From assembly GCF_009914755.1 (NCBI RefSeq), contig NC_060929.1: 64,000 nucleotides of DNA; one strand, 5' to 3'. Positions within the stretch are counted from its first letter, which is position 1; every line of letters starts with the position of its first letter. The position numbers were made by a program, and so were the translations under genes. The notes beneath the pieces were generated by a model that was not told where the DNA came from, did no database searches, and was given only the letters and a program-made list of their open reading frames with translations. The DNA comes from the human T2T-CHM13v2.0 reference genome, Homo sapiens. Below, one piece after another: positions 14,271 through 27,530 of the stretch.

Positions 14271-15538
14271 AAACATTAGAATTGCTGGATTTTGAATTTT
14301 GATGGATACTGTCAAATTTACTTCCCAAAGATTCCACATTTTACAATCCAGCCAAAACTCTATGAGACAGGTCTGTGCTTTTGTGATGTTTTGTGTGTTT
14401 TAAATAAGCATGACCTTCACTTTTGTTTTTAAAAAGTAACACCTGCTTGACAATATCCCTATCTGGAGGTGTGTGTAAACCTCTGGGCCAGGGCAGATCA
14501 CATGCCATATATTTTCATTTATACCTCTTTCCCTCATCACTGGTGTTATATAATTGTGGCATATAAAAATTAATTGTCAGCAAAATGTAAAATGTTGAGA
14601 TTTGAGTATATGAAAGAATTTTTTTAATACCGTTGTTAAAATTTTTATTGTTAATGTTTAATATAAATAGGAATTTGCCCTATGTGTTAGGTTATTGACA
14701 CGACTACAATTCATTCCAATTCCATTCTCAACAACAGTTGTTATACTGGGCTTCCTTCTTGTAGGATCTTATATTGGTGATCTTCTTCTAGTAGGTGTTA
14801 AAGCACAAATCCTGGATAGTTATTAATATAACTAGATTTCTCACTATAAGACACTCTTTTACTTGAGAAATTTATTTGAGGTTTTCTATTCTTACCTAAG
14901 TAAACATATAACTTAAAGCCTTGCCAAGAGCTTGTTTTGCACTTTTCAGTCACTATCATTTCCTAGTAATTAGGAAAGTGTAGAGTTTCAGTAAAATCTT
15001 GCTTTAAAACCTGCCTGCAATCACATCCCTTAAAATAATGGCAACCCCTCATGGAAATATTGACTCAGAAAGTTGCAGGAAGACACTTCATTTGGGTATA
15101 TTGTTATCTGCTGTTACTTCAATCATTCCTACATTCTTTACTCAGAAATCGTCTTAAATACATCATTTCATTTAGTGCTGATGATAGCACCCCAAAATAT
15201 ATTTTCACTGTAGAATGGAAACTATTAATGTTAATTTCCTCTGGTTTTCAACATTTACTGAGCATTTGAAGCTCTTTCCATTACATTTAAAAGTATTATT
15301 TTTGATCGTTTAATTAGCATCACGTTTTGGTTATTTCCTAATAATCCTTTTTTGAATAAACATTGAAGTGCCAGATAAAATTATATGATTTTTAAAAAAA
15401 TAGTATATCACTGGCATTATTAAAATTAATGACATTTTCTAATTGTATCCCTCATCTATCCTCCAGATATTATAAACTTTCATGTTCACTAAAACTTTAA
15501 TCCATCATTTAATTCCCTTTTACTGTATGATCAGCCTC

Positions 15539-15727
<189 letters not shown>

Positions 15728-15949
15728 GATCAGTCTCTTTTTAATGTTTTCTATTTTATCTATTCATGTGTTCAAGTCTCTATAAAACAAAATACTACAA
15801 ATTTCCCTTCATTATGTACTAACTCTCTGGTTACCTCCTGTTGTCTCTTTATTTGACATGTTAACCTTTTGAAATATGATGGCAAAACTTTCATCACAAT
15901 GTAAACTTACTAATTTTTCAAATTCCAGGAATATCCATGTCTGTCCATT

Positions 15950-16660
15950 GAAAGCATTCTTTTTTTAACCTTCAAGTGATTGTTTTATCTACTTAATCAA
16001 TCAATTACTGATACTATTGCTGCTTTTTAGTGATTACATTTTAACTTACCTAATGTGGTGCCAGATTAATAGCCTATTCTTTCCTTCAAACAGTGTAACC
16101 ATCTTGCAAGACTTTATCCCCCAATTTTGTTATTCTTGTCCAGTATTTTAGTTCAATTATGTAACACCATAAATTTGTAATATTATTGTTCATACACGAT
16201 CAAAGTTTGTTACCCACACCCCCATGGTCTCCATTTTCTTTGCTTCCCAGTCCTTCTTGGATCTCAGATCTTCTGTCTGGGATCATTTTCCTTCTTGAAG
16301 CACATTGGTTAGTTAGTTTATCAGGGAGGGATGCTGGTGATTTTGTTTGTTTGAAAATGTCTCTACTTTTCAAAGAGAATTTCTTCAGTGTGTAACTCTA
16401 GCTTGGCAATTATTTTATTTGAGTTATAATGGAATTATGGGTACACATTTCTTGGCTCTCCTTGCTGTCACTGAGAATACTGATTCAGTCTAATTGTTAT
16501 ATTTTGTAGATAATCTGTCTTTCTTCCCCATTTTGGAAATCTTTATTTTCTGTATTGTACTTTTTTTATGCTGTACGTAAGTGTGGATTTTTTTTTCTCA
16601 TCATATCATATAAAGTTTAGGATATATTGTGCTTCTTCAGAGTGAGGACTCACATTTCAT
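15950..16660 (-). mobile_element. Old L1 (L1M/L1ME-like) fragments
   Basis: T-rich antisense L1-like text (ttttgtttgtttgaaaatgtctc...tctagcttggcaattatt...ctgattcagtctaattg). Confidence 0.5.
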
Positions 16661-19600
16661 CAAAAAATGTTTTTTTTTTTAGACAAGTCACTTGGGAACC
16701 CCTTTTACCCCAACGTGACAAAATTCAACACATAACAAACCCTGGACATTACATATTTTCTTCCAACCCCATGTTCCAGCTGTGGCTGTAGTTATCCTCT
16801 ACAAATCTAGCTTAGAGATGAGGAAGGTTAAAAGGAGAAAGACCTGACCATGATAAGTGTTATCTGTGGGGTAATTCAAATTAAATTAACAGAATAACTC
16901 AAAGTTCAAAAAGTTAAATAACTTTTCCCAAATTGCTCATGTAATAATCCTTAAACTATGGTTTCAAACAATTGTCTGACTCAAGTTTTGAACTTTCCAC
17001 ATCATCATGTAGACGGTGCATCAGGACTCTCATCTTTGTACATGGGGGATTTTTTTTGTATGTTATAATAATTTTCCAGGAAATTGGAATTATAGAACCT
17101 ATTGATTTTATGGTGTACTAAAGGTATATTCAACCTTACTTGTATTTAGCATCGTGCTTTGCCGGTAAGTCTAAATACACTACCTGTGTCCTAATGTTTG
17201 ACTATGTATTTGGACTTGGAACCAAGCATGCATCATTCAGCCATTTGAACACATAGTAAAAACTTAATACATTTGAAGAGGCAAGAGTAACATATATCCA
17301 TTTGAACACATAGATTTAAGGAATAATACGTAAGTCCTGTATTTCCCTAATGGGTATCGGTGTACAGATTGGAGTCTCATTGTTTCTCACTAGAACCTTC
17401 ACAGATATATGCATGAGATGTATATATTTTAAGAAGAATTTTACATTGTTCAAGAAACACATATCTTACATTCAAGGTAATATAAATCCATCTGTAGAGC
17501 AATGGATTAAATATTCATGGAGCAAGGGTTATGAAAGAAAACCACTGTAAAAAAATACCTGAAGCATAATGAAGATTTAATTTATCCCTTAATACCATCA
17601 GCTATAACATGATAGACACAAATCTGAATACAGCTAAATTTATAAGACTGGTAAACATATGCCTTGTTTTCAATAATTTAACAGGTGCTTACTAAATGAA
17701 GTGATAATTAATAATTGAGTAATTGAATAATTGAATTCAAAGCATTTATCTATAATCTCACAAAACGTAGAATAACATTATGTAGAGTTCATCTGTAATT
17801 TTAGAACAGTCATAACTCTCACTTAATATGTTGTAAAAAAGTTATTTACTCCATTTTATTAATCATCTTATGATGAGATGCTTAAAAACAACTTTGAGTA
17901 ACTACTATTGATATTCAATACAGGCAGCATAGTACACATTCACACACACACATTTTCCTTTTAAAGTTTGGTTATGATATATTACCCTCCTAGCATAGTA
18001 AGTCAGGAAAAAGCTGCAACTGTCTTAAAGCTGAAAGTTAAAAGGCTTTTAAAAGCTCTGAGTTTAAATTGTTCAGTTATTCAGTATTAGCAAAATAAAA
18101 AGCTCCCAGTAAAAATAATACATTTTCATTTATTTAACAATTAAATGTATTTTTGGGTACTATTTAAGCCTATTCATAAAAATAAAATGCAATATTTGTT
18201 AAACAGGAAGGATAAATATTTTCCACCTATAATTTAACACAAATAGGAATATCAATTGGTACTAGATTATAAGCAAAATGTTCTCTATTGATGTAATGAT
18301 CACATGATAATTTCTGACATAATTACTTTTAAAACAGCAATAATTTGCTAGAAGATGAACAGGATAATATCTTACTTTAAATGAGACATCTGTAATCACT
18401 CTTTCCCTTTGGAAGTAGGAAGAAATTTACAACAGAGTCTGCTAGTAGGTCATTTTATTACCCAAGCCCTTAGATTTTATATTTTTACATGAAAACATGG
18501 CTCACTTTTAAAGACAGCCATCACTCTATGAATCCTCCTATCATGGCAAGACTGATTTGATGTTCATCACAATGCATTTTAAGAGGCAAGAGTGACATAT
18601 ATCCTTATTAATCTCATAATGATAAAGGATTGATTTCAACCTATATCCCAGACTGTTACATGAAATAGGCTCTGCCAAAATATCAGGTTCAAAAGATGCT
18701 CAATTTAAGGAGATCAGTTTTATGCTCCATCCTCAAAGGACAGAGTTATATGAGGTGTAAGTACGTCACATGAGGCATTAAGAGAAATTTTCTTCCCCAT
18801 AAACTAAACACTGTTTGTACTGTAGTAAGAACTTAATACATATCATTCCGTGTGTGGAAGAAATGACTCACACTCCCTCCCCCTCCCCCCAACAATAATG
18901 CAGCTTTCTCTTTTTTGTAGGAATTATCTAAAATGATCACATCACTAAGCAGATCAGTGAGAGGAGTGAGTTTGAGTAGAAAATAAAAAAGCATTCGTGG
19001 CTTAAAAACTTCCCCCTACTGCTTGGAAATGGCACACCACAGTAGAAGTTAAGAACACAGCAAGCAGAGATTAACTGAACAACACAGAAAATCAAAAACA
19101 TTTTTTTAATGGGGAAGGGGATTAACAATGCCAGGGCTAATCTTGGAAACTGGTCTCTGAAGTAAGAGTTATTAAGAGAAAAATATGTTATGTTCTAGAA
19201 TTCGATTTTCAACTTAATTGAAAACCTCTTTTTACTTCAGTAGTTTTCATAGAAGGTGGAGAGACAGTTTCTAAATATTGTTGCTGAATAACTCGATGTA
19301 TCAGTTAAATTAGTTAAAGGGAAGCCCCTGTTTTGCATGTGGCTATCCACTCAACCACTCCAAAACAATTCGTCAATCACCTGTTCATGGTTTGGGCAAA
19401 GTAACCATCTGCCTTTCAATTCTGAAGAGACATTCTGCTAGAATCATGGAATTATTTATAATAAAAACTTACTCGGTTGAATTCTCCTGTTGACATAATA
19501 ATAAAAATATATAAGATGATATTTTAAATTGTCTAGGATAATTTAATGATGAGGCGCTGCCACTGAATGATGAGGTTCAGTATTTCTTGACAGCTGTGTG

Positions 19601-20649
19601 TCTGGATATTATTTTATAACCTTACAACTGCTCAGGTATACAGTGAAGATCAAGCAAACTAATACCTGCTTGGCATGGTTGCATTTTTCCTGTTTTGGTC
19701 ATGTATAGTGTAATTTAAAACTGTAAACACATTTTCAGAATCTACTCTATTTGAATTTTTCCCCCTCAGTATGTAAGGTAATTTTCTAGCTGAGCAGTTT
19801 GTGAATGAGCTTCAAAATACTCGATGAGAAATTGAGAATCATGAAATGGTCGCAGAATCAGCCAGAAGTATGTCAGTTCCCTCTCCAGAGAGTACAGAGA
19901 AATGTGTATAAGAGATATCAGGTACTCTGAAGTACAGAGGTTCTAAATACACTGTGGTCCCGATGTAGCAAAAAACAAATAATGATGTTAAAAACATAAG
20001 AAAATACTTATAAAATGCTGAAGGTCTTTTTTGAAAAATGATTTGCCATTATGTCCTATATCACACATATTTCCTCCTTGTTAAATGTATCACCAAATGA
20101 TCAATAACCTTAAAATAATTTGGAAATGCATATTATATAACCCACAGCAGATCTGGTAATCTATCTCTTTCATTTGTCCCAGATTAGTTTTGTGGTAGGA
20201 AACTCAAATGGCTGTACCATGAGAGGCAGGCCATTAAAACATTTAAATGGTTTTACAGTGGTATTTTTCAAATGAAGAATGAAGTTCATAAATTTCAGCG
20301 TCAGTGGAGAAATGAGTGAGGGGGGTCGGCATCTCTGGAAGCTCTTTGAAAATAAAGCATTCATTATTTTGTTGTAAAAATCAGATATCTATAAAGCCAT
20401 TTATAAAATAACTAGTTGGACATCTAGCACACCTACTTATTTTCATTTGAAAATTTAGCCATGCTAAGATGCATTTGAGGTTAAAACATTTCTTTCCTTC
20501 CTCTTTTCACGTAACCTCTCACGGTCTGAGGACCAGAGACTTGTTTAGAACTTACCGAAGTTTCCCAAAGCAAAACCACGCACAAGCTCCTAATTCAGCT
20601 GCCAGATCTGTGTGCAGCTTCGTTCAGCTTCTCACTACGCTAGGCATCA

Positions 20650-20819
20650 CTTTATTAATCATGTATGAATTTCTGTGCATGCACCCTGAAGCGATCACAC
20701 ACACGCGGTGCAATCCCAATCAAAAACGGAAGCCTTACCTGATGGCAGAAAAGGCAGCTGCAGGAGCAGCAGCACCGACGGCCGCAGCAGGGTGCCAACA
20801 GCTCAGCCTTGCGCGGAAG
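20650..20819 (+). ncRNA. Candidate exon of an antisense/divergent transcript overlapping the minus-strand first exon; 5' end unknown
   Basis: Strong plus-strand donor AAG|GTGAGA (GT at 20820-20821) inside the CpG cluster. Confidence 0.4.
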
Positions 20820-21050
20820 GTGAGACCCTTCTCTTCTGTTTCCCCTTTCCAAATCACTGTGCCAACACACTGCTTTGCATTTTGTCCGTTTTCATTCAAA
20901 GAAGGTTCTCCAGGCCGGGCAGCCAGTAGACACCACTTTCTTCCTGGAAGAGGCTGCCTCTCTTCTCAGAAAAGCCTGGACCCCTCTCTGTGGCTCCCTC
21001 CACATTTACCCTTCAGATCAATAATGCTCTCGGAGCGGCTGGAGCTCAAC
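20739..21050 (-). other. Probable non-coding first exon (5' UTR) of an unidentified minus-strand gene; TSS position approximate
   Basis: Near-consensus donor CAG|GTAAGG (GT at 20738-20737) downstream of GC and CCAAT boxes; contains a closed uORF MKTDKMQSSVLAQ* (20895-20854). Confidence 0.6.
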
Positions 21051-22576
21051 TGCAGCGGCGAGCGGCGAGCCAATGGGGGCCCAGGATTCCCTCCTGTCAT
21101 CTCCCCGCCCTCAAAACAAAACACAGCGTGCCTTTGACACATCATTGAGTAGTGAAAAGTAATTGAATCCTATATTTGAAATGTATTTTGTTTGTTCTTT
21201 TTCCCCCCTAGCGTTCATTGTAGAATGCTTTGAATGAATCCGAGGACTCCTTAGCTCTCAGAAGACTCATTAAACGAGCCTAGCAGCGGGTGAAGATTAG
21301 GCGCTGAGAAAGTGATAGCACCTGGGTTAGCACCCGAAGCTTTGCTTTTTAAATGCTTGAGATCTATTGCATATCAGAGAACTGTCACCTGGGAGGAAAA
21401 AATCTTGGGTTCTATTAGTCTTTCCTCCACTAAGTCGCTTGAGTCTTTTTTGTGAATCAAGACAATTAATTACGTTTACCTGGAAGCTGTCTCAATGTTT
21501 AATTGTCTAAACGAGAATCAGATGCTTATTGGTGACAATAACCATGCTCAAGCAATTTCTCCTAATTCACTTACTTGTTTCTAGGCTGATTTAACTTGGT
21601 TCAGAGTCTATGAAGAACTCAAGATTGCTAAGACTATATACATTAGTCTGGTCTGTTTTAATTTTGTCATGTTTAAATATTGTAAGATTTTAAAAATTAA
21701 TGTTAATTTCTCTTTATATGAGAGAATTTATTAATAATTACCTAAAACTTTATAGAATATTATAATGGCAATAAAATATTACAATGAAAAGTGTTATTGT
21801 TGAAAACCTATTCCTCCAAAAGCCACAAAACAACTTTGCATTCTTTAACCATGATTATCTTTCTTTGTGTTTCACTATTAAAGTGCTAACTATTGAATAA
21901 ACATTTGCTTAAATATATTCACCAAGAATCGTGTATTTTCTAAGACTCTAAGTCATTTTATTATTCAGACATCAAGAATGCCACAATATTTCAGATAATC
22001 ATTTAATTTTGTTCTATAAAAAATCTCAAGAGTACAGAGTCTCAATACAGTTTTAAAAATATGTCTCCCTACAGGAGGACTGTACACAAATAACAATGTC
22101 TTTTCAATGCTAGTGTTGAAAAAGAATAAAATTATTGGGACTGTCTGAAATCTTTTTGTTTCACTGAATACAAATGTGTTGATGTAGGTGGTGTAGCCAA
22201 GCTTTGTGTATCGTGACAAATTGAAATGGCTTGGGGAGACTTTACAAACAAAACAATTTCGTGACCTGTCTATCACGTGAAGGGAGGCACGGAAAAATGT
22301 AATATTTACACACTGTATGCTGTGTCACTATAACAAGGTGAATGCTAACTTTATTGTAACTCATTTATGTAGCCAATAAATATTTCATTCAGGGCAGTCT
22401 CTGGCTAAGTTTGGTCACTTGGATTTTGTGAAGAAAAGAATATGCTGATGAAAAAATGAATCATAAACATTGCTTTTCCCTCAATTGTATAGTATATTTT
22501 TCATTTATTTAAATTCCTTTTTTGATCACAAATAATAGGTCATTGACTACAGAACATTGTCTTTGTACTACAGGTC

Positions 22577-22765
22577 GAGAGTTCTCAATGTGTGGTCCCC
22601 AGACCAATAGCAAAAACATCACCTGGAACTTGTTGAAAAGACAAGTTCTCAAGCCCTTCCCCAAGCCTATCAAATCAGAAACTTTAAGAGAATGGGACAC
22701 TGCGATCTATGTTTTAATATCCCTCCAGATGCTTCCAATGCACATTCAGGTTGGACAGTCATTGC
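22577..22765. mobile_element. MER5A (hAT-Charlie DNA transposon fossil)
   Basis: gttctcaatgtgtggtccccagacc...catcacctggaacttgtt...aaatcagaaact. Confidence 0.8.
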
Positions 22766-22773
22766 TCTAGCTA

Positions 22774-22980
22774 AGGGGTCTACAAATTACAACAGAAGAC
22801 CAGCCACCTGCTTTTGTAAATAAAGACTTATTGAAACCCAGTGGTGCCGATTTCTTTATGTATTGTCCATGACCGCTTTCGCATTACAATGGCAGAGTCA
22901 AGTAGTAGCCACAGAGACTTACAATATGAATCCTAAAATGTTTACTATCTGTCATTTAAAAAATAAATGTTTTGACCCCT
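22774..22980 (+). mobile_element. MER58A (hAT-Charlie)
   Basis: Termini aggggtc...gacccct; ttttgtaaataaag...ttacaatggcagagtcaagtagt...aaaatgtttactatctg. Confidence 0.8.
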
Positions 22981-25144
22981 CCTAGCGCATTGTAAGATGT
23001 GCAATATTATTAGTACAAACGGCAAAAGTTGAAGAAAAAAGAGCATCTGAAGGTGGAGTGGAGAAGATCAAATTAATGAAATCATTGAGATTTGAAAGAG
23101 ATTGAAAATGATCATGTAATAAATTACATTGGTGTGTGTGTTTTGCAGATTTTTGCTGCTCTCCCTGTAGGAGGGATGCACTTCTCCCCAGTCTTGGCAT
23201 CTTAGTATGAAACATGAATGGAAAAGAATATTGCCATTTCCAAACAGAATATTGAAGAACAAATATAAATTTGTGCGCACTCTATCAGCATGGGTTGTTG
23301 AAAGAAGAGAACATTGGAGTCTTATTTGTCCCTAGATGGACATGTAGCATGGAAGGATAAAATAGCTTTTATTTCTACACCACTGAGATTTGGGGATTTT
23401 TTTGTTACTAGACTAGTAGTATCTAATCTCTCCTGACTAAAACAAGTTACAATTAATGTAAGCAGAGGTAGGAAAACAAGCATTAAAGCTTGTTTTGTAA
23501 TGTAATGACTGGGACAAGGCATTTGCCTGGAAACTCAAAAATTACTTTTCGGAAAATAAAATAAATCAATAGAATTTGTTTAAGAAAATAAAGACTGGAA
23601 AGATAAAAATGGATATTAAAACATTAGGACAAATAATTAAGGCTAAGGACATCAGACTTAATTTATTAGCAATGGAAGCCATAAAGGCTGTTTAGAAAAG
23701 GTATGACATCATCAAAATTATGCTATAAGATTACTCTGTTGGCGAGGAAGAGATCAAAGGGCAATAAACAAAAGAAAATTCATCACAAGGCCGTGAAAAA
23801 TTAAAACATGATGTAATATGAGCCACTATTCAAGTATCGTTACCCTTATACTTACATCCAGTGAGTCAAGTTCCATCAGTTGTACTTCCTAAATACTAGT
23901 TAAAAGCATCATTTTATCATTTTCTTTATCCACCATTATCATTGTCATAGCTGTTGGATTGCATTGATTGAACTTTTACTTCCAAGACTTTTGTAACAGT
24001 CTCTTAATGGGTATCTCTGTCTCCTCTACATTTTATTATTGGTTAACTATACACAATTTTATACAATTATATACAAACAATTGTGAAGATTTGTTTCACA
24101 GCTTTTTTACTGCCAGACCCAACCAGACTGATGGGACATTTCCTGTATCCTCAAAGGGGAGGGAAAGAAGATATAAAAACAAGGGAATTTTCATTCAGAC
24201 AACTAAAACAGTAACTTTTGCTCTGAAGTGACTAACCCCACTTCTGTGTATATATCCTTGACTAAAGAAAATCACAGACACATTGCTAAGCCAGAGGTCA
24301 ATATGACAGAGATATATAACCTTTCTAGAGAGCCACACAGAGGCCAGTGATGATAATTTTGAAGAGTAATACAATCTACGACATTCTCTTCTGACCCCAA
24401 AACAACAAAGAGATGAAGTTGCCTACCAGGTGGTCTGCATGTCTAGGGAAAAGAACACATTTTCTTTATATGTGTTTTGCCATTTCATATGTTGTGCTCA
24501 TTCAACTGAAATGATTTCAAAGAGAAAAAAATAAACAAAAGCAAGAAATTGCATCAGAATCACTGACATGTATTTAATTACAGATATATATTGTAGGGAA
24601 AAGAAATATTCAGTGTTCAGTGTTTTTAGATCCTGAACATTGTTGATCTTGCTTGTATTCCCATTGAAGCAGAGGATGAATGAAAGACCCACGTGCATAT
24701 AGTTTATGTGTCAGATTATCTTCAGAGCAAGTGTAAAGGGGCTTCATTGAGGTGGCCACCGTGGGTAACACAGCTTAATTACACTCGGATTTCTGGAGAG
24801 GTATATAGAATATCCCTCAGAATTTCCCAAGCAAAAAAAACAGAAAACTCCTTCCCTTGTCAGCCTAAGGCTCCCCTCAGGGACGTAACTGTGCCCTCTT
24901 TTGAAATATATATACATATGTAGGCACACTGACTCCTATCATCTCCCCCTTTCGTGTAGAAAGAGTCTGAGGGCAGAAGGCAAAGACAAGCCATGCTCAC
25001 TTGAGAAATTCACCATCAGCAAAATAGTGAATCACAGCCATGTGAATCTAACCCTCCAGCTGCAACTGAAATCAGAGGGTTTATGAAAATGTAAGCTGTC
25101 ATCTGATAGCATAGGATAATATTTATGTCAATAACAAGGGCCAG

Positions 25145-25463
25145 GGCCAGGTGCAGTGGCTCATGCCTGTAATCCCAGCACTTTCGGAGGCCTAAGTGGG
25201 TGCGTCACTTGAGGCCAGGAGTTCGTGACCAGCCTGGCCAACATGGCAAAACTCCATCTCTACCAAAAATACAAAAACTAGCTGGGTGTGGTGGCATGTG
25301 CTTGTAATCCCAGCTATTTGGGAGGATGAGGCACAGGAATCGCTTGAACGAGGGAGTGGGAGGTTGCAGTGAACCAAGACCGCACTGTTTCACTCTAGCC
25401 TGGGAGTCTGACGAGACTCTGTCTCAAAGGAAAAAAAAAAAAGAAAAGAAAAAGAAAAAAAAA
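25145..25463 (+). mobile_element. Alu SINE (AluSx/Sz-like)
   Basis: Full dimer, (GAAAA)n tail, TSD aagggccag / aagggacag. Confidence 0.95.
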
Positions 25464-25679
25464 GGGACAGAAGGACAGAGACGATAGGTTCACAGAACTG
25501 TGATGTTGAGTATTTTGGCATTTGGATTCAGATTAAGAAGTGATATCCAGATAGACTGGGATGAGTTGATGATTCATGAACTATTGAATAGAAACTTCTG
25601 CCCCAGCACATAGCAGAAAATAGAGATTGGGCTAGTTATCTAGCAGCAGTGATAGTAAAATACTATGATATCCATGACT

Positions 25680-25890
25680 AATAATAAATAGATTAGTTTA
25701 CTGAGCACTGACTAGGCATCAGGCATCCTATTAAATATTTTACTTATAGTTTTATACCACATGTCAAGCTGCTACTATTATTTTATCTAGTTTACAAATA
25801 AGAATAACATTTGATGGTCACATGGTACCAGTGGAGTCAGGATCTGGGTTATGGCAGCTAAACTCTGTTTTGTCCTCATTAACCTCTAAT
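25680..25890 (-). mobile_element. MIR fragment
   Basis: tttactgagcactgactaggcatcaggc...ttttacaaataagaa...ggtcacatgg...ggagtcaggat. Confidence 0.55.
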
Positions 25891-26439
25891 GCTTGTCTTT
25901 CATATTTCTTTACTGTCATATGATATAGCAGAATAGAGTTATTGATTTCAATGGTGCAAAATATTTTGATTACTAAAAAATACCATTTTCCCCTGATGAA
26001 TTGACTGATGTTTTAAAAATCCATCCAACAAGTAACTGTTGAATCCTATAATATAGATTGCTTTGTTAAGGCAAATGGTGAATGCAAAATAGTGAACACT
26101 ATAATCTCTGGAAACCAAATAAAAAGACTTCGGCTCTCAGAAGTATACAGCAACTACATATTTTACCACCAACCACATGCCCAACCAATGGTATATACAA
26201 ATTAACTATTCTTATAATGAAAAACTTTATCCCAATCATAAATGCGTCTCCATTCGGAATAAAAATAACTGTAACATTTGAAAAGGAAAGCTTTGTCACA
26301 AAACAATGACCTTCAGACTCAGCAAAGTTGCAAACGGGTAGAGATCGACCTGTTTTACTGGTGTTCTCACTGACTTGACTAGAAATGTACATTTGACTCA
26401 GCCTTATATGGAATACACTAATTTTCAAAGTCCATACGT

Positions 26440-26920
<481 letters not shown>

Positions 26921-27359
26921 TTATACCTGGTGGGTGTAATTGGAATGCCTTTCTCTTCTTTCTCAAAGTGATGCCTGTGAAAACTGAATTATCAGATTTA
27001 GTACTAACTGGTAAAGCTTTCTACTTAGCCTGAGAGCTGCCATCAACGACTGAAATCCAAACTCTCACCTTACTACCACCCCATTGCTCCAAAAAATAGG
27101 ACAAACTACATTTTGGGAACAGCTATGGGTATTAGTGAGTATGTAAAAAGGAGAGATACAAGAAATGTTAGCAATACTGATATGTTCTGAGGTTATTAGG
27201 GAAGGCCACAAAATATAACTGGGTTTAAAATGGGTCCTCAAAAAAGAGTATAATTTGGAGAGGTGGGAAGATCCACATAGACTTGAAGCTACTGTAAACC
27301 AGACTGGTTATGGTTAGGACTTATGTTGTGACAAATTAATAAATAAATAAGTTTGGTTA

Positions 27360-27530
27360 ACATATGTTTATTATATATATAAATATGTTATGAATATATT
27401 TCTTAGTATATATACTATATTACAATATAGTATAGAATATAAATGTATATATTATAATATAGTATATAACATATAACATATAGTTGTATAAATTATATAT
27501 ATTTATTAATTATAAAATTAAAATATTCTA
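27360..27530. repeat. AT-rich (TA)n-like low-complexity tract
   Basis: Degenerate tata repeats. Confidence 0.75.

Larger units (their letters stand above)
20600..21330. promoter_or_regulatory. Small CpG/GC-rich promoter, probably bidirectional
   Basis: Only non-repeat CpG cluster in the window; CCAAT at 21070-21074 and 20716-20720, GC box CCCCGCCC at 21103-21110; strong splice donors on both strands. Confidence 0.8.

Noticed and set aside
20739-21050. Assigning a gene symbol to the minus-strand first exon
   Set aside because: No coding exon is in the window and I do not recognise the UTR; a BLAT search is needed
20469-21137. 222-aa plus-strand ORF, the longest in the window
   Set aside because: Runs through the GC-rich promoter where stops are scarce, reads across a strong donor and resembles no protein family I know; only its spliced sub-part is kept as a hypothesis
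26099-26428. 109-aa minus-strand ORF in unique sequence
   Set aside because: Non-ATG start, no splice context or homology that I can see
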